From an uncultured Candidatus Saccharibacteria bacterium (GTDB lineage Bacteria; Patescibacteriota; Minisyncoccia; Phycocordibacterales; Phycocordibacteraceae), in the NCBI GenBank assembly GCA_964569655.1, contig CAZMTN010000002.1:70197-134196 (forward strand): a DNA stretch of 64,000 bases, written 5' to 3'. This document shows positions 25,451 to 34,855 of this stretch, in pieces. The position numbers were made by a program, and so were the translations under genes. The notes beneath the pieces were generated by a model, which saw only the letters and a list, made by a program, of their open reading frames with translations, was not told where the DNA came from and did no database searches. Position 1 is the stretch's first letter. Each line of letters begins with the position of its first letter.

Positions 25451-27160
25451 ATGCCTGAGTTCCATGACCCCCTAGATACGGAGATCCGTACCGCGCTCGC
25501 GGAATACGACGATCTCACGGCGGCGCTCCTGGCGCGCCGGGGCATCACCACGCGCGAAGCGGCAGCCGCATTCCTCGATCCTTCCTATGAGGAGCACATC
25601 CACGACCCGCTCCTCCTCAAGAACATGCCCGAGGCGGCAGAACGCCTCGCGAAGGCTATTCGCGAGCAGGAGCACATCGCGGTTTGGAGCGACTACGACT
25701 GCGACGGCATCCCGGGCGGCGTCATCCTGCATGACTTCTTGAAGAAAGCCGGAGCGAATTTCGAGAACTACATCCCGCACCGCCACGAGGAAGGATACGG
25801 CGTGAACGAGATGGGCATCGAGAAGCTGGCCAAAGGAGGCGCGACGCTGGTTATCACGGTGGATTCGGGCATCACGGACATCGAGGCGGTCGCGCACGCG
25901 AGGAAGCTCGGCATGGACGTGATCGTCACCGATCACCACCTTCCAGGGAAAGAGCTGCCGGACGCCATCGTCGTCGATCACAAGCAGGAAGGGGAGACGT
26001 ACCCGTTCCGGGAGCTCTGCGGCGCAGCCATGGCGTGGAAGCTCGTGTGCGCGACGCTCGCCGTAGACCCCACACTCCGCGAGAAGGTGCCCGTCGGCTG
26101 GGAGAAGTGGCTCCTTGATATGGCCGGCCTCGCGACCATCGCCGACATGATGCCGCTCACCGGCGAGAACCGCGTCATCGTGAAGTACGGCCTCATGGTG
26201 CTGCGCAAATCCCCGCGCGTCGGGCTCCAGAAGCTCTGCAAGGTCATGCGGGTAAACCAGCGGTTCATCAAGGAGGACGATGTCGCGTTCATGCTCGCGC
26301 CCCGCGTGAACGCGGCAAGCCGCATGGGAGACCCGCGCGACGCGTTCACGCTCTTCACGACTTCCGACGAAGCAGAGGCGGAAGCCCTCGCGAAGAAGCT
26401 CGAAGCCGCCAACCGCGGACGACGCTCCGCAGCTGCCGCTATCACGCGAGGCGTGCACGAGAAGATCGAAGAGCGCCTCGAGCGAGGACCTCTGTCTTCG
26501 GTCATCGCGGTGGGGGACCCGGACTGGAAGCCCGCGCTTTTGGGCCTTGTCGCGAGCAACATCGCGGAGGAGTACGAGCGCCCGGTGTTCCTCTGGGGGC
26601 GCGAGGCTAACCAGACCGTGAAGGGATCCTGCCGTTCGTACGGGAACGTGCACATGGTGGAGCTCATGACCGCGGCGAAGGAGGCGTTCGTCGAATTCGG
26701 CGGGCACGCCTATTCGGGCGGCTACACGCTGCACGACGATAAGGTCTTCTTCCTCGAGGAGCACCTTTCGAACGCGCTCGCCTCGATGCCTGCACAGGAA
26801 GCGGACGAGATGGCCAAGGCGGACGTGGAGATCAGCTGCGATGAGGCGACCCTCGCGCTACTCGCGAAGCTCTCCCGCCTCGAGCCCTTCGGCATGAATA
26901 ATCCGAAGCCCGTCGTGCTGCTGCGGAGCGTCTTGCTGGACGACGTATCCTGGTTCGGGAAGAGCAGCGAGCATCTGAAGCTTTCCATACATCGCTCCTT
27001 CGATACCATCGAAGCGATCGCGTTCTTCGCGAAGCGCGAGCTCGGGAAGAAGCTCCACCTCCTCGAGAAGGGAAAGGAGGTGCATCTGCTCGTAAACCTC
27101 GAGCGGGACCAGTTCTCTAAGAAGCGCGTGCCGCGCCTGCGCATCCTCTCGATCGCCTAG
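25451..27160 (+). CDS. recJ: Single-stranded-DNA-specific exonuclease RecJ
   Basis: DHH motifs (VWSDYDCDGI, VDSGI, VTDHH) and a DHHA1 domain. Confidence 0.9.
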   Translation: MPEFHDPLDTEIRTALAEYDDLTAALLARRGITTREAAAAFLDPSYEEHIHDPLLLKNMPEAAERLAKAIREQEHIAVWSDYDCDGIPGGVILHDFLKKAGANFENYIPHRHEEGYGVNEMGIEKLAKGGATLVITVDSGITDIEAVAHARKLGMDVIVTDHHLPGKELPDAIVVDHKQEGETYPFRELCGAAMAWKLVCATLAVDPTLREKVPVGWEKWLLDMAGLATIADMMPLTGENRVIVKYGLMVLRKSPRVGLQKLCKVMRVNQRFIKEDDVAFMLAPRVNAASRMGDPRDAFTLFTTSDEAEAEALAKKLEAANRGRRSAAAAITRGVHEKIEERLERGPLSSVIAVGDPDWKPALLGLVASNIAEEYERPVFLWGREANQTVKGSCRSYGNVHMVELMTAAKEAFVEFGGHAYSGGYTLHDDKVFFLEEHLSNALASMPAQEADEMAKADVEISCDEATLALLAKLSRLEPFGMNNPKPVVLLRSVLLDDVSWFGKSSEHLKLSIHRSFDTIEAIAFFAKRELGKKLHLLEKGKEVHLLVNLERDQFSKKRVPRLRILSIA

Positions 27161-27174
27161 GGTATACTCCGCGT

Positions 27175-27591
27175 ATGAAATATCTGATCCAAGGCGACGG
27201 CGGCGCTCGAGGCAACCCGGGTCCCGCCGGCTCAGGCGCCGTGATCTACGACGAGACGGGCCAGGTCGTGGGGGAGGTCTCGAAGTTCCTCGGCCACGCG
27301 ACCAATAACGTCGCGGAATACACCGCGGTCCTCTCCGCGCTCGAGCTCCTCCTCTCCATGATAGGGAATGAAGCGAAATCAACGCACGTCGCGGTCGAGA
27401 TGGACAGCAAGCTCGTCGTCGAGCAGATGTCCGGGAAGTGGAAGATAAAGCACCCGGGACTGAAGCCGCTCGCCGCTCGCACCGGAGAACTCTCGCGCTC
27501 CTTCGCCTCGGTTTCATACAAGCACATCCCCCGCGAGAAGAACGGCGTCGCGGACGCGCTCGCCAACCAGGCGATGGACCGAGGAGCGTAG
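27175..27591 (+). CDS. rnhA: Ribonuclease H (RNase HI-type)
   Basis: DGGARGNPGPAGSGAVI...NNVAEYTAVLSALE...D carries the DEDD catalytic context of the RNase H fold. Confidence 0.8.
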   Translation: MKYLIQGDGGARGNPGPAGSGAVIYDETGQVVGEVSKFLGHATNNVAEYTAVLSALELLLSMIGNEAKSTHVAVEMDSKLVVEQMSGKWKIKHPGLKPLAARTGELSRSFASVSYKHIPREKNGVADALANQAMDRGA

Positions 27592-27594
27592 CCG

Positions 27595-29061
27595 ATGGAC
27601 TATTTTTACGCCGCTGCGTTCGGATTCGCTTCCGGAGTCATGGCGCGGTCGCTCATACTGTTCGGGTGGCCAACAATACTGTTTCCGCTCCTTATCGCCA
27701 TCGTGTGCTTCATCCTCTACCGCCTCGAGCGGCATTCTTTTTATGCGTTCGCTTCGGCGTTCCTCATAGCAGCGAGCATCGGTTCCGCGCGCACGCATCT
27801 GGCGCCGCAGCAATTGCCCGAAGCGTTCGTGCCGTACGTGGACACGGCAGTCTCCTTCGAAGGGAAGATCGTGCGCGACCCCGACATCCGAGACACCAAC
27901 CAGCACGTCGCGGTACGGATCGAAGAGGGAGGAGAAGAGACCATCGTGCTCGCGTATGCGCCCCTGTTTCCCGAGCTCGAATACGGAGAGACGGTCATTG
28001 TGTCGGGAACGTTATTGAGGCCCGAACCCTTCGATACGGACGGAGGCCGCGTCTTCCGCTACGACCGCTTCCTCGCGAAGGACGGCATCTTCGCGGTGGT
28101 CCCGCGGGCGCAGGTGGATTCGATGGCGCCGCCGGAAGGGTTAGGTTCCTGGGTATTCGGAACGTTGTACGCTGCGAAGCACCGGTTCACGGATGGCTTG
28201 CGCGCCGCGCTACCGGAGCCTTCCTCCGCGCTCGCCGAGGGGCTCCTCACGGGAGGGAAGCAAGGGCTCGGGGAAGAACTCATCGACGCGTTCACGATCG
28301 CGGGGCTCATCCAGATTGTGGTCCTGTCCGGGTACAACGTGATGATCGTCGCGGAGGCGATACTGCGGTCCCTCTCATTCCTGCCGAAGCGCTTGGCGCT
28401 TTCTGCGGCGGGCGTGGGCATCATCGCGTTCGTGGTAGCCGCAGGATCGGGTTCCGCTGCCGTACGCGCAGGCGCCATGGCGTGCATCGCGCTCTTCGCG
28501 CGCGCCACCGGCCGCACCTACGACGCCCTGCGCGGACTCCTCCTCGCCTTGGTGCTGCTTGCGCTCTGGAATCCGCTCCTTCTCGCGTACGATCCCGGGT
28601 TCCAGCTCTCCTTCGCGGCGACACTGGGCCTCATCCTTGGTACGCCGATCGTGGAGCCGTGGTTGAAGTTCATAAGAAACGACTTGTTGCGCGACGTGAC
28701 GGCGACCACCATCGCGGCGCAAATTGCGGTATTGCCGCTACTCCTCTATCTGACGGGAAACCTGTCGCTCGTATCCGTACTCGCGAACGTACTCGTGCTC
28801 CCCATGATCCCGCTCGCGATGGCGCTCGGCTTCATTGCCGGGCTCGCCGGGATGGCGTCAGCGATGATGGCGCCTCTCATAGGACTGCCGGCGCACCTCG
28901 TGCTCGCGTATATCGTATTAGTAGGGAAGTACGCGGCGTCCGTACCGCTCGCGCATGTCATCATCCCCGCGTTCCCGTTCGGAGCGGTTATCGTCGCGTA
29001 CGCGCTTATGTGGAGAGCGGCAGCGCTTTCTGGAAGCGGGCTTCGCACACGCTCCAGTTGA
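27595..29061 (+). CDS. comEC: ComEC/Rec2 DNA-internalisation channel protein (membrane competence domain only)
   Basis: DUF4131-like N-terminus plus a Competence domain (LLTGGKQGLGEELIDAFTIAGLIQIVVLSGYNVMIV), with multiple transmembrane segments. No metallo-beta-lactamase domain is present in this ORF. Confidence 0.8.
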   Translation: MDYFYAAAFGFASGVMARSLILFGWPTILFPLLIAIVCFILYRLERHSFYAFASAFLIAASIGSARTHLAPQQLPEAFVPYVDTAVSFEGKIVRDPDIRDTNQHVAVRIEEGGEETIVLAYAPLFPELEYGETVIVSGTLLRPEPFDTDGGRVFRYDRFLAKDGIFAVVPRAQVDSMAPPEGLGSWVFGTLYAAKHRFTDGLRAALPEPSSALAEGLLTGGKQGLGEELIDAFTIAGLIQIVVLSGYNVMIVAEAILRSLSFLPKRLALSAAGVGIIAFVVAAGSGSAAVRAGAMACIALFARATGRTYDALRGLLLALVLLALWNPLLLAYDPGFQLSFAATLGLILGTPIVEPWLKFIRNDLLRDVTATTIAAQIAVLPLLLYLTGNLSLVSVLANVLVLPMIPLAMALGFIAGLAGMASAMMAPLIGLPAHLVLAYIVLVGKYAASVPLAHVIIPAFPFGAVIVAYALMWRAAALSGSGLRTRSS

Positions 29062-29614
29062 GGTTCTCGAAGAACGCATCGATGTAAGCTTTCTTCTCAG
29101 CCGGCAGGTAGTCGACCATGTAGGCGTGCTCCCACAGGTCGAGGGCGAGGATGACCGGGAGCGTCGCGAGCTGGCCGAGTTCATGATCCCCGACGAACGT
29201 GGTGTGGATCTGCTCGCCGATCGGATCGAAGTAGACGACGACCCAGCCGATGCCGCGGGTTCCTGCGACTTCCTTCACGTGCGCGACAAGCCCTGCGCGA
29301 TCGCCGTACTTCTCATTGGATGCTTTCGAGAGGGCGCTCCCTTCGTCACGATCCTTAAAGCCGCCCTCGAACTGCTCGAAGTAGTACTCATGCATGCGCA
29401 TGCCGTCGAACTCGAAGCCGAGGCGGCGGCGCGTCTCCGCTATGGCGTAGGCATTGCCTTCCGCGTCCTTCTCGCGCATCTCTGCGATCTTCTCGACGAT
29501 AAGATTCACGTGCTTCACGTAGCCCTGGTAGAGCCCGAGGTGGGCGTCCACCTGTTCCTTCGAGAGCCCCTTCAGTTCCGGCAGATTGAATGTCCGCGCT
29601 TCGTATTTTTTCAT
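29006..29614 (-). CDS. sodA: Fe/Mn superoxide dismutase
   Basis: LPELKG...H, and a C-terminal DLWEHAYMVDY metal-ligand motif. Confidence 0.9.
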   Translation of the reverse strand: MKKYEARTFNLPELKGLSKEQVDAHLGLYQGYVKHVNLIVEKIAEMREKDAEGNAYAIAETRRRLGFEFDGMRMHEYYFEQFEGGFKDRDEGSALSKASNEKYGDRAGLVAHVKEVAGTRGIGWVVVYFDPIGEQIHTTFVGDHELGQLATLPVILALDLWEHAYMVDYLPAEKKAYIDAFFENLNWSVCEARFQKALPLST

Positions 29615-29676
29615 GCCCGAAGTGTACCACTCCTGTTTCGTACTTTCCCGTGAAGACGGGAGGCTAGAATGGAGGC

Positions 29677-30522
29677 ATGTACCGGTACCTGCCGCACGCG
29701 GTCTTCTGCCTCCTCCTGCTCCTCAACCTATACGTATATGCCGTACCTGCTAAACCCGAAGGGGAGCTGCGGGTCTCGGTCCTCGATATCGGGCAGGGAG
29801 ACGCCATCCTCGTCGAAGGGCCCACCGGCACGCAGATGCTCGTGGACGGCGGGCTCGGCCACGCGGTGCTCCGAGAGCTCGCGGCGGTCATGGGACCCGT
29901 GGACCGTTCCATAGATGTCGTCGTGGAATCGCATCCTGATGCCGACCACATCGGCGGATTGCCGGCCGTCTTCGATCGCTACCAGGTCTCGTACTTCCTT
30001 GAGCCGGGCGTCCATGCGGAAACGCCAGCATACGCGGCGCTCGAAGCGGCCGTGGATCATGAGCCCGGCGTGCACTGGCTCGCGGCCAGGCGCGGGATGC
30101 GCATCGATCTTGGCGGCGGAGCGCATGCGGACATACTCTTCCCTGACCGCGACCCGAGCGGCTTGGAGACGAACGACGGCTCCATCGCGATGCGCATCGA
30201 GTACGGAGAAACCTCGTTCATGCTGACCGGAGACATGCCGACGGATATAGAAGAGTGGCTAGTAGCGCTCGACGGCGAGAATCTCGAGAGCGATGTACTC
30301 AAAGCAGGGCACCATGGATCAAAGACGTCGACCGGAGCAGCATGGCTCGCGGCGGTCTCGCCGAGCGTGGTCGCGATATCCGCAGGGGAGGGGAACTCGT
30401 ACGGGCATCCGCATCCGGAGGTGGTGGAACGGATTGAAGGTAAGGGAATTGAAGTCTTGTCGACCATCGAAGAAGGGACTATCACCTTCGTGAGCGATGG
30501 GAAGAGAGTGCACCTGGAATAA
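29677..30522 (+). CDS. Metallo-beta-lactamase fold hydrolase with a signal peptide (ComEC C-terminal Lactamase_B-like)
   Basis: LDIGQGDAILVE...VDGG and HPDADHIGG (HxHxDH). There is an N-terminal signal peptide. Confidence 0.75.
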   Translation: MYRYLPHAVFCLLLLLNLYVYAVPAKPEGELRVSVLDIGQGDAILVEGPTGTQMLVDGGLGHAVLRELAAVMGPVDRSIDVVVESHPDADHIGGLPAVFDRYQVSYFLEPGVHAETPAYAALEAAVDHEPGVHWLAARRGMRIDLGGGAHADILFPDRDPSGLETNDGSIAMRIEYGETSFMLTGDMPTDIEEWLVALDGENLESDVLKAGHHGSKTSTGAAWLAAVSPSVVAISAGEGNSYGHPHPEVVERIEGKGIEVLSTIEEGTITFVSDGKRVHLE

Positions 30523-30523
30523 A

Positions 30524-30550
30524 GAAAAGGCCCCAGCGATGGGGCCTTTA
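30524..30550. terminator. Bidirectional intrinsic terminator
   Basis: AAGGCCCCAGCGATGGGGCCTT hairpin with flanking A/T runs. Confidence 0.5.
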
Positions 30551-31225
30551 AGTTGCTTTCTCCACCGCACGAGGGTTCATAAGCCTGAATTCCTCGATGA
30601 GGTCCTCGAACTCGAGGAAGAGTATACGATTATTCTCTGCTATGTCGCGATAGTGCCTGAAGTACGTCCGGAGCACGGCTGACGCCCGCTCTTCGCGCAT
30701 ATCGTCGAGCTCGAGGAGTTTGGCGTACATGTAAGACAGGCGTGCATGCACGACGTCCCAGAACTGACTGTGCTTGAAGCGTTCGTGGAACTCATCCTCC
30801 TGCAGGTCGCTGAGTGGCCAGAGACTGAGCATGTCGAGGGCGTTCTCGATATTCTCGCCGTATTCCTGGATGACCATGTCTTGATCCCAGGTATCGTAGC
30901 CGCGCCTATGTGCTACATCGCGGTTGCGCTGGCCGATCGTAAAAGCGACCGACTCCGCTTTGCGCATGCCGACGCCTCGGTTCATGAACTTCGGGTCCAC
31001 CACGCCGCGACGGATCGCGAGGATGGCGGACCGTCGGACGCGCTCGATGAGTCCGGGGCGTACGGACAGCAGCCGTTCGGTGCTGTCATGCATCCGCTCG
31101 ATGAGCTGATAATCGGGCGAATGCTCGCCGTATATTCGCGCCATCTCCTTGAGGAAGAGGTGGCGCGTCGATGCTATGTCGAGAAACCCTAGGGTGGTTC
31201 TCAGCATGAGTGCCTCCTTCTCCAT
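30548..31225 (-). CDS. Hypothetical protein (~225 aa)
   Basis: Long ORF with balanced composition between two terminators; no motif recognised. Confidence 0.45.
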   Translation of the reverse strand: MEKEALMLRTTLGFLDIASTRHLFLKEMARIYGEHSPDYQLIERMHDSTERLLSVRPGLIERVRRSAILAIRRGVVDPKFMNRGVGMRKAESVAFTIGQRNRDVAHRRGYDTWDQDMVIQEYGENIENALDMLSLWPLSDLQEDEFHERFKHSQFWDVVHARLSYMYAKLLELDDMREERASAVLRTYFRHYRDIAENNRILFLEFEDLIEEFRLMNPRAVEKAT

Positions 31226-31261
31226 GGGAACAGTCCCGCCGTGATATTGCATCACGAGAGG

Positions 31262-31298
31262 GCATATGTCAAAAAACCGCCCTTTCGGGCGGTTTCTC
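31262..31298 (-). terminator. Intrinsic terminator downstream of rpmB
   Basis: The minus strand reads AAACCGCCCGAAAGGGCGGTTTTTTTGA. Confidence 0.55.
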
Positions 31299-31300
31299 GA

Positions 31301-31543
31301 TTAGATGACTCCAGCTTTCTTCAGGGTGGCGAAGGCGCCGTTCTTCTTGATGGAGCGGAGGCCCTTCACGGATACGTCCACGATGACCGTCTTATTGATC
31401 TCCGGGACGAAGATGCGGCGCTTCTGGAGGTTGGCCTTGCGGCGGACCTTCCCGGTAGGGTTGAACTGGGTAGCGCGGGTACGGTTAGAGTACCGCCCGC
31501 CGATCTGGGTCGTCTTTCCGGTCACGATGCATTCCCTTGCCAT
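31301..31543 (-). CDS. rpmB: 50S ribosomal protein L28
   Basis: MARECIVTGKTTQIGG...KRRIFVPEINKT...VSVKGLRSIKKNG follows the L28 family pattern. Confidence 0.85.
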   Translation of the reverse strand: MARECIVTGKTTQIGGRYSNRTRATQFNPTGKVRRKANLQKRRIFVPEINKTVIVDVSVKGLRSIKKNGAFATLKKAGVI

Positions 31544-31576
31544 AGTTCCGCTATCCTAGCATGATAGGCAGTATCG

Positions 31577-32215
31577 ATGCAATCAGACCCTCTTTTCATC
31601 GCATTCCAGCTCGCTATCCTCGTCTTTTCCATCGTCATCCACGAGGTGGCCCACGGCTTCGCCGCGAATGCGCTGGGAGACCCTACCGCCAAGCTCCAGG
31701 GTCGCTTGACCCTCAATCCGGTGAAGCATATCGACCCCGTGGGCTCGATACTCATCCCGGCGTTCCTCGTGCTCTCGAGCGCCGGCATCCTCTTCGGCTG
31801 GGCAAAGCCGGTGCCGTACAACCCGTACAACCTCCGGAACCAGCGCTGGGGCGAGGCCATCGTGGCTTCTGCCGGCGGTCTCACCAACATCTTCCTCGCG
31901 GTCGTATTCGGTCTTATCGCCCGCTTCGGGGTAGGGGAGCTGCCGGATCCGTTCGTCGCTATCGCCGCCATGACCGCGTTCGTGAATCTCTTCCTCGGCC
32001 TCTTCAACCTAATCCCGATCCCGCCCCTCGACGGATACACCGTGCTGCGCGGCCTCCTCCCGTACTCCATCGGCCAGAAGCTCTATGACTTCGAGAATCG
32101 CATGCGCGGGCTCGGCATTGCGGGACTCGTTCTCATTCTTTTCGTATTCTCGTTCGTGTTCGCTGCGCCGTTCTCCTACTTCGTGCAGTATCTGTTCGCG
32201 CTGCTGGTGGGATAG
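31577..32215 (+). CDS. Site-2 protease family (peptidase M50) membrane metalloprotease
   Basis: HEVAHG (HExxH) lies in the first transmembrane helix. There are multiple transmembrane segments and an LDG motif (PPLDGY). Confidence 0.8.
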   Translation: MQSDPLFIAFQLAILVFSIVIHEVAHGFAANALGDPTAKLQGRLTLNPVKHIDPVGSILIPAFLVLSSAGILFGWAKPVPYNPYNLRNQRWGEAIVASAGGLTNIFLAVVFGLIARFGVGELPDPFVAIAAMTAFVNLFLGLFNLIPIPPLDGYTVLRGLLPYSIGQKLYDFENRMRGLGIAGLVLILFVFSFVFAAPFSYFVQYLFALLVG

Positions 32216-32226
32216 GGTTCGAATCC
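32215..32226 (+). other. tRNA T-loop-like motif GGGTTCGAATCC at the left edge of the low-GC island
   Basis: Canonical T-arm/loop sequence, but with no acceptor, D or anticodon arms around it. It overlaps the stop of the M50 gene. Confidence 0.3.
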
Positions 32227-32256
32227 AAGTACGCCAGCTCGATATATACTCTTCTC

Positions 32257-32880
32257 ATGAGCATGGTTAATCTGTCCAGGCCACTAGAGGCATTTGGATT
32301 TGTTGAACGCGAATCAAAGAACGGGAAGCAGTTGTCCTTTAAATGTGGCCGAGATTTTCTCTATTACGCTCTCAATTTTTACTTTCCTGAGAAATTCAAC
32401 GCGACGGCCATCAGCCCTAGCGAAATTGATCGCAGGAAGCTCTTTGGAATAGTAGTTCCTAAATATCTTGCGTGGACCCAGCTGCAATTTCTGCGCATGC
32501 CGTACCTTCTTAAAAAGAATGGGTTAGCGCTTTCTATCAATAATAGGAAGATATCCTCATATCTGCGCTTTGTTTTTTGGAATCTGTTTTCTCGTATTTC
32601 ATACGAAGACGCTATGCAACAGATAGAACAGTGCGTTCGAGAGAACAAGGCATGCGCCATTGATGTGCCCGTTAGTAAGAAACTGCTCAACCTGCTTGAT
32701 CACGTCATGTTTGTATATGGGTACGATGATGAATATCTATACGTATTCGACACTCTCACCGTGCCCTACGTGCGCTATGAACGTCTACGCCATGATGTTC
32801 ACTATTACCGCCTCTCAAAGAAAATAATTGAGGGAAACTGGTCTATTTTCGGAAGAGTCTGGAAGGTCAGTAGGACTTAA
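32257..32880 (+). CDS. Hypothetical protein (207 aa) in the low-GC island; possibly a papain-like (C39/BtrH-like) cysteine peptidase
   Basis: Candidate Cys (FKCGRDFLYYALN) and His (LLDHVMFVYGYDDEYLYVFD) in an arrangement reminiscent of C39-like peptidases. Weak. Confidence 0.4.
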   Translation: MSMVNLSRPLEAFGFVERESKNGKQLSFKCGRDFLYYALNFYFPEKFNATAISPSEIDRRKLFGIVVPKYLAWTQLQFLRMPYLLKKNGLALSINNRKISSYLRFVFWNLFSRISYEDAMQQIEQCVRENKACAIDVPVSKKLLNLLDHVMFVYGYDDEYLYVFDTLTVPYVRYERLRHDVHYYRLSKKIIEGNWSIFGRVWKVSRT

Positions 32881-32884
32881 TAGC

Positions 32885-32912
32885 GGTTCCCACGTCGTAC
32901 CACAGCCCCAGC
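32885..32912 (+). repeat. Island repeat copy 1 (GGTTCCCACGTCGTACCACAGCCCCAGC)
   Basis: Read in the sequence directly after the stop of the 32257 gene, preceded by ACTTAATAGCGG. Confidence 0.6.
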
Positions 32913-32960
32913 TAACAAAAAGCTCCCACCCCAACTAAGAGGTGAGAGCTTGCAAGTGTG

Positions 32961-33503
32961 CTATCCGCTTTTTATCATGTTGCCGATTCGTCCGATAAAG
33001 CCCTGCTTCTTACCGCGGCTTTGAGAGACTTTCAAATCGGTTCGTGGGACGCGGTATTCGTATTTTTGATGCAGCATGGCGATTTCCACGTCGGGGTAAA
33101 CACGAACCCACGTTCTTCGCTGAATCTTCCGCTCTCTTTCGAAGCAGGTTTTCCCGTCTTCCACAGACCCCATTGGAAGAAAGTCGGATTCGGTCAGGAC
33201 GAGGTTGTGCGTGATTGTTTCCTTGCCAAGGTCTTCATCGAAATACAACTTTCCTAACTCCATGGTGGTGTCCCAATCATAGAATTTATCAACAGATGTT
33301 GGCGGGAGAGCCGGCATGAGCGCCAACATGAATTCTTGAAGTTTGGGGGCCGCATAGATGCCGGTGTTTGGCGCGACGATGAAATCAACGGTGTGCGTCC
33401 AGTAGCCGTGGGGCTCCGGGAAATACGTCCGCTCATCAACGGCAACGATTTGAATATTTGTATTGACTTGTAATGAACTGCGCACGATAGCGAGTTTGGA
33501 CAT
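32961..33503 (-). CDS. Hypothetical protein (180 aa), low-GC island
   Basis: Clear ORF in an AT-rich context; no motif. Confidence 0.45.
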   Translation of the reverse strand: MSKLAIVRSSLQVNTNIQIVAVDERTYFPEPHGYWTHTVDFIVAPNTGIYAAPKLQEFMLALMPALPPTSVDKFYDWDTTMELGKLYFDEDLGKETITHNLVLTESDFLPMGSVEDGKTCFERERKIQRRTWVRVYPDVEIAMLHQKYEYRVPRTDLKVSQSRGKKQGFIGRIGNMIKSG

Positions 33504-33574
33504 TTCCTATGTCTCCTCTGGTTTCAGCTGAAAAAACTATAGCACGTGCAGTCAGATTTTCAATGCTTCAGAAG

Positions 33575-33603
33575 GAGTCCCGTGTCGTACCGCAGCCCCA
33601 GCA
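33575..33603 (+). repeat. Island repeat copy 2 (GAGTCCCGTGTCGTACCGCAGCCCCAGC)
   Basis: About 23 of 28 positions are identical to copy 1. It is intergenic. Confidence 0.55.
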
Positions 33604-33757
33604 CTCATGCTCGGCGGTCATCGGAAACGACACATTAAGTAAACAAAAGGTATGTGAAAGCGTTGGAATAGCGTCTAAACGGGTCAATTCGGGCTTTATA
33701 GTTTATGCCGTGAAATCGCTTCAAGTCTCAGAGAGATTTTTCCGCTATACTAGATAG

Positions 33758-34066
33758 ATGCTTAAAAGGTACGTAGAGTATTTCAGGAATAACCCGAACC
33801 ACTACTGGTTCAAGCGAAAGATTTGGGGATGGGGTTGGACGCCAGTTACGTGGCAGGGGTGGCTGACTACTTTCATGTACATCGCGTTCGTTCTGCTGCT
33901 CGCACTTAACCGTGAAGAACCAATTCCCGGAAATCCCGACTCAGGAAGCAACTTCTTGATGCTTGGACTGCCAATCATTCTCCTGACCGCTGCTTTCATT
34001 TTTATCGCTTACAAGAAGGGAGAGAAGCCAAAGTGGCAGTGGGGATTGCCTGACAAGAAAGACTAG
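33758..34066 (+). CDS. Hypothetical small membrane protein (102 aa, Trp-rich N-terminus, 2 transmembrane segments)
   Basis: Hydrophobic helices FMYIAFVLLLAL and LGLPIILLTAAFIFIAY. Confidence 0.45.
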   Translation: MLKRYVEYFRNNPNHYWFKRKIWGWGWTPVTWQGWLTTFMYIAFVLLLALNREEPIPGNPDSGSNFLMLGLPIILLTAAFIFIAYKKGEKPKWQWGLPDKKD

Positions 34067-34230
34067 AAGAATGGCTCTGGACTCGAGCCAAGGTAAGGCC
34101 TCTCGATTCTCATTGAGTATCTAGTTGCCAGCTGCTGTCATGGAGCAGCACTTTTCTGCGCCAGCCCACGTCCTGAGCGTATTCAGATTAGGCAGCTCGT
34201 CATTTTCCGGGCCTTTGATAAGGTACTGCC

Positions 34231-34845
34231 ATGAACAGCCGACAGGCAGCGAACGTCTATAACTCAGCAGCGCCTGAATATCAGGGAAGGGTAAGGAAGC
34301 TTAAGCAGATCAAGAAAGATACGACCAAGATGCTTCTCGATCTCCTTAAGCCAGGCGATCACGTACTTGATGTCGGTTGCGCCGTAGGCTACGACACTTT
34401 AATGCTGAGCAAGAAATGCAAGACATACGGTATCGAAGTCTCACCAGAGATGGTAAGAAGAGCACGGCAAAGAAACCAGGAGGCTACTATTCTTGCGGGA
34501 GATTTTCTACAATACCCGTTCAAGCAGCAATTTAACGGCATCTTCGCAAATGCGTTCATCCATCTGTTCCCATCAGGCACTGATAAATTGGTTTTAAGGA
34601 AAATGCATCGAATCCTGAAATCTGGAGGCGCTGCGTATATCTCTACGACACGTGCCAATAGGTCCAAGGAGGGATGGTATCGGAAGAAGGATTATCTTAG
34701 CGAGGAGAAGAGATTTCGAAAATATTGGACTAAGCGCGGACTCGCTCAAGCTCTGAAGGAAACTGGCTTCAGCACGGTGCAATACTCTGAAGTCACTGAC
34801 CCTTTTAATAAGCGGTTCATGATTTACCTTGTTCGTAAGAATTAA
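34231..34845 (+). CDS. Class I SAM-dependent methyltransferase
   Basis: Motif I VLDVGCAVGYDT, motif post-I YGIEVS, and LKSGG. Confidence 0.7.
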   Translation: MNSRQAANVYNSAAPEYQGRVRKLKQIKKDTTKMLLDLLKPGDHVLDVGCAVGYDTLMLSKKCKTYGIEVSPEMVRRARQRNQEATILAGDFLQYPFKQQFNGIFANAFIHLFPSGTDKLVLRKMHRILKSGGAAYISTTRANRSKEGWYRKKDYLSEEKRFRKYWTKRGLAQALKETGFSTVQYSEVTDPFNKRFMIYLVRKN

Positions 34846-34855
34846 TGGCGAATTG

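Noticed and set aside
32215-32226. GGGTTCGAATCC, a possible tRNA gene
   Set aside because: Only the T-loop consensus is present. No complementary T-stem, acceptor stem, D-arm or anticodon arm can be drawn, and the motif overlaps the end of the M50 protease CDS. It is kept only as a possible integration-site remnant.
33509-33757. Listed 82-aa ORF in the AT-rich spacer of the cassette island
   Set aside because: No RBS, an odd composition, and it contains repeat copy 2. It is more likely an intergenic region with divergent promoters.
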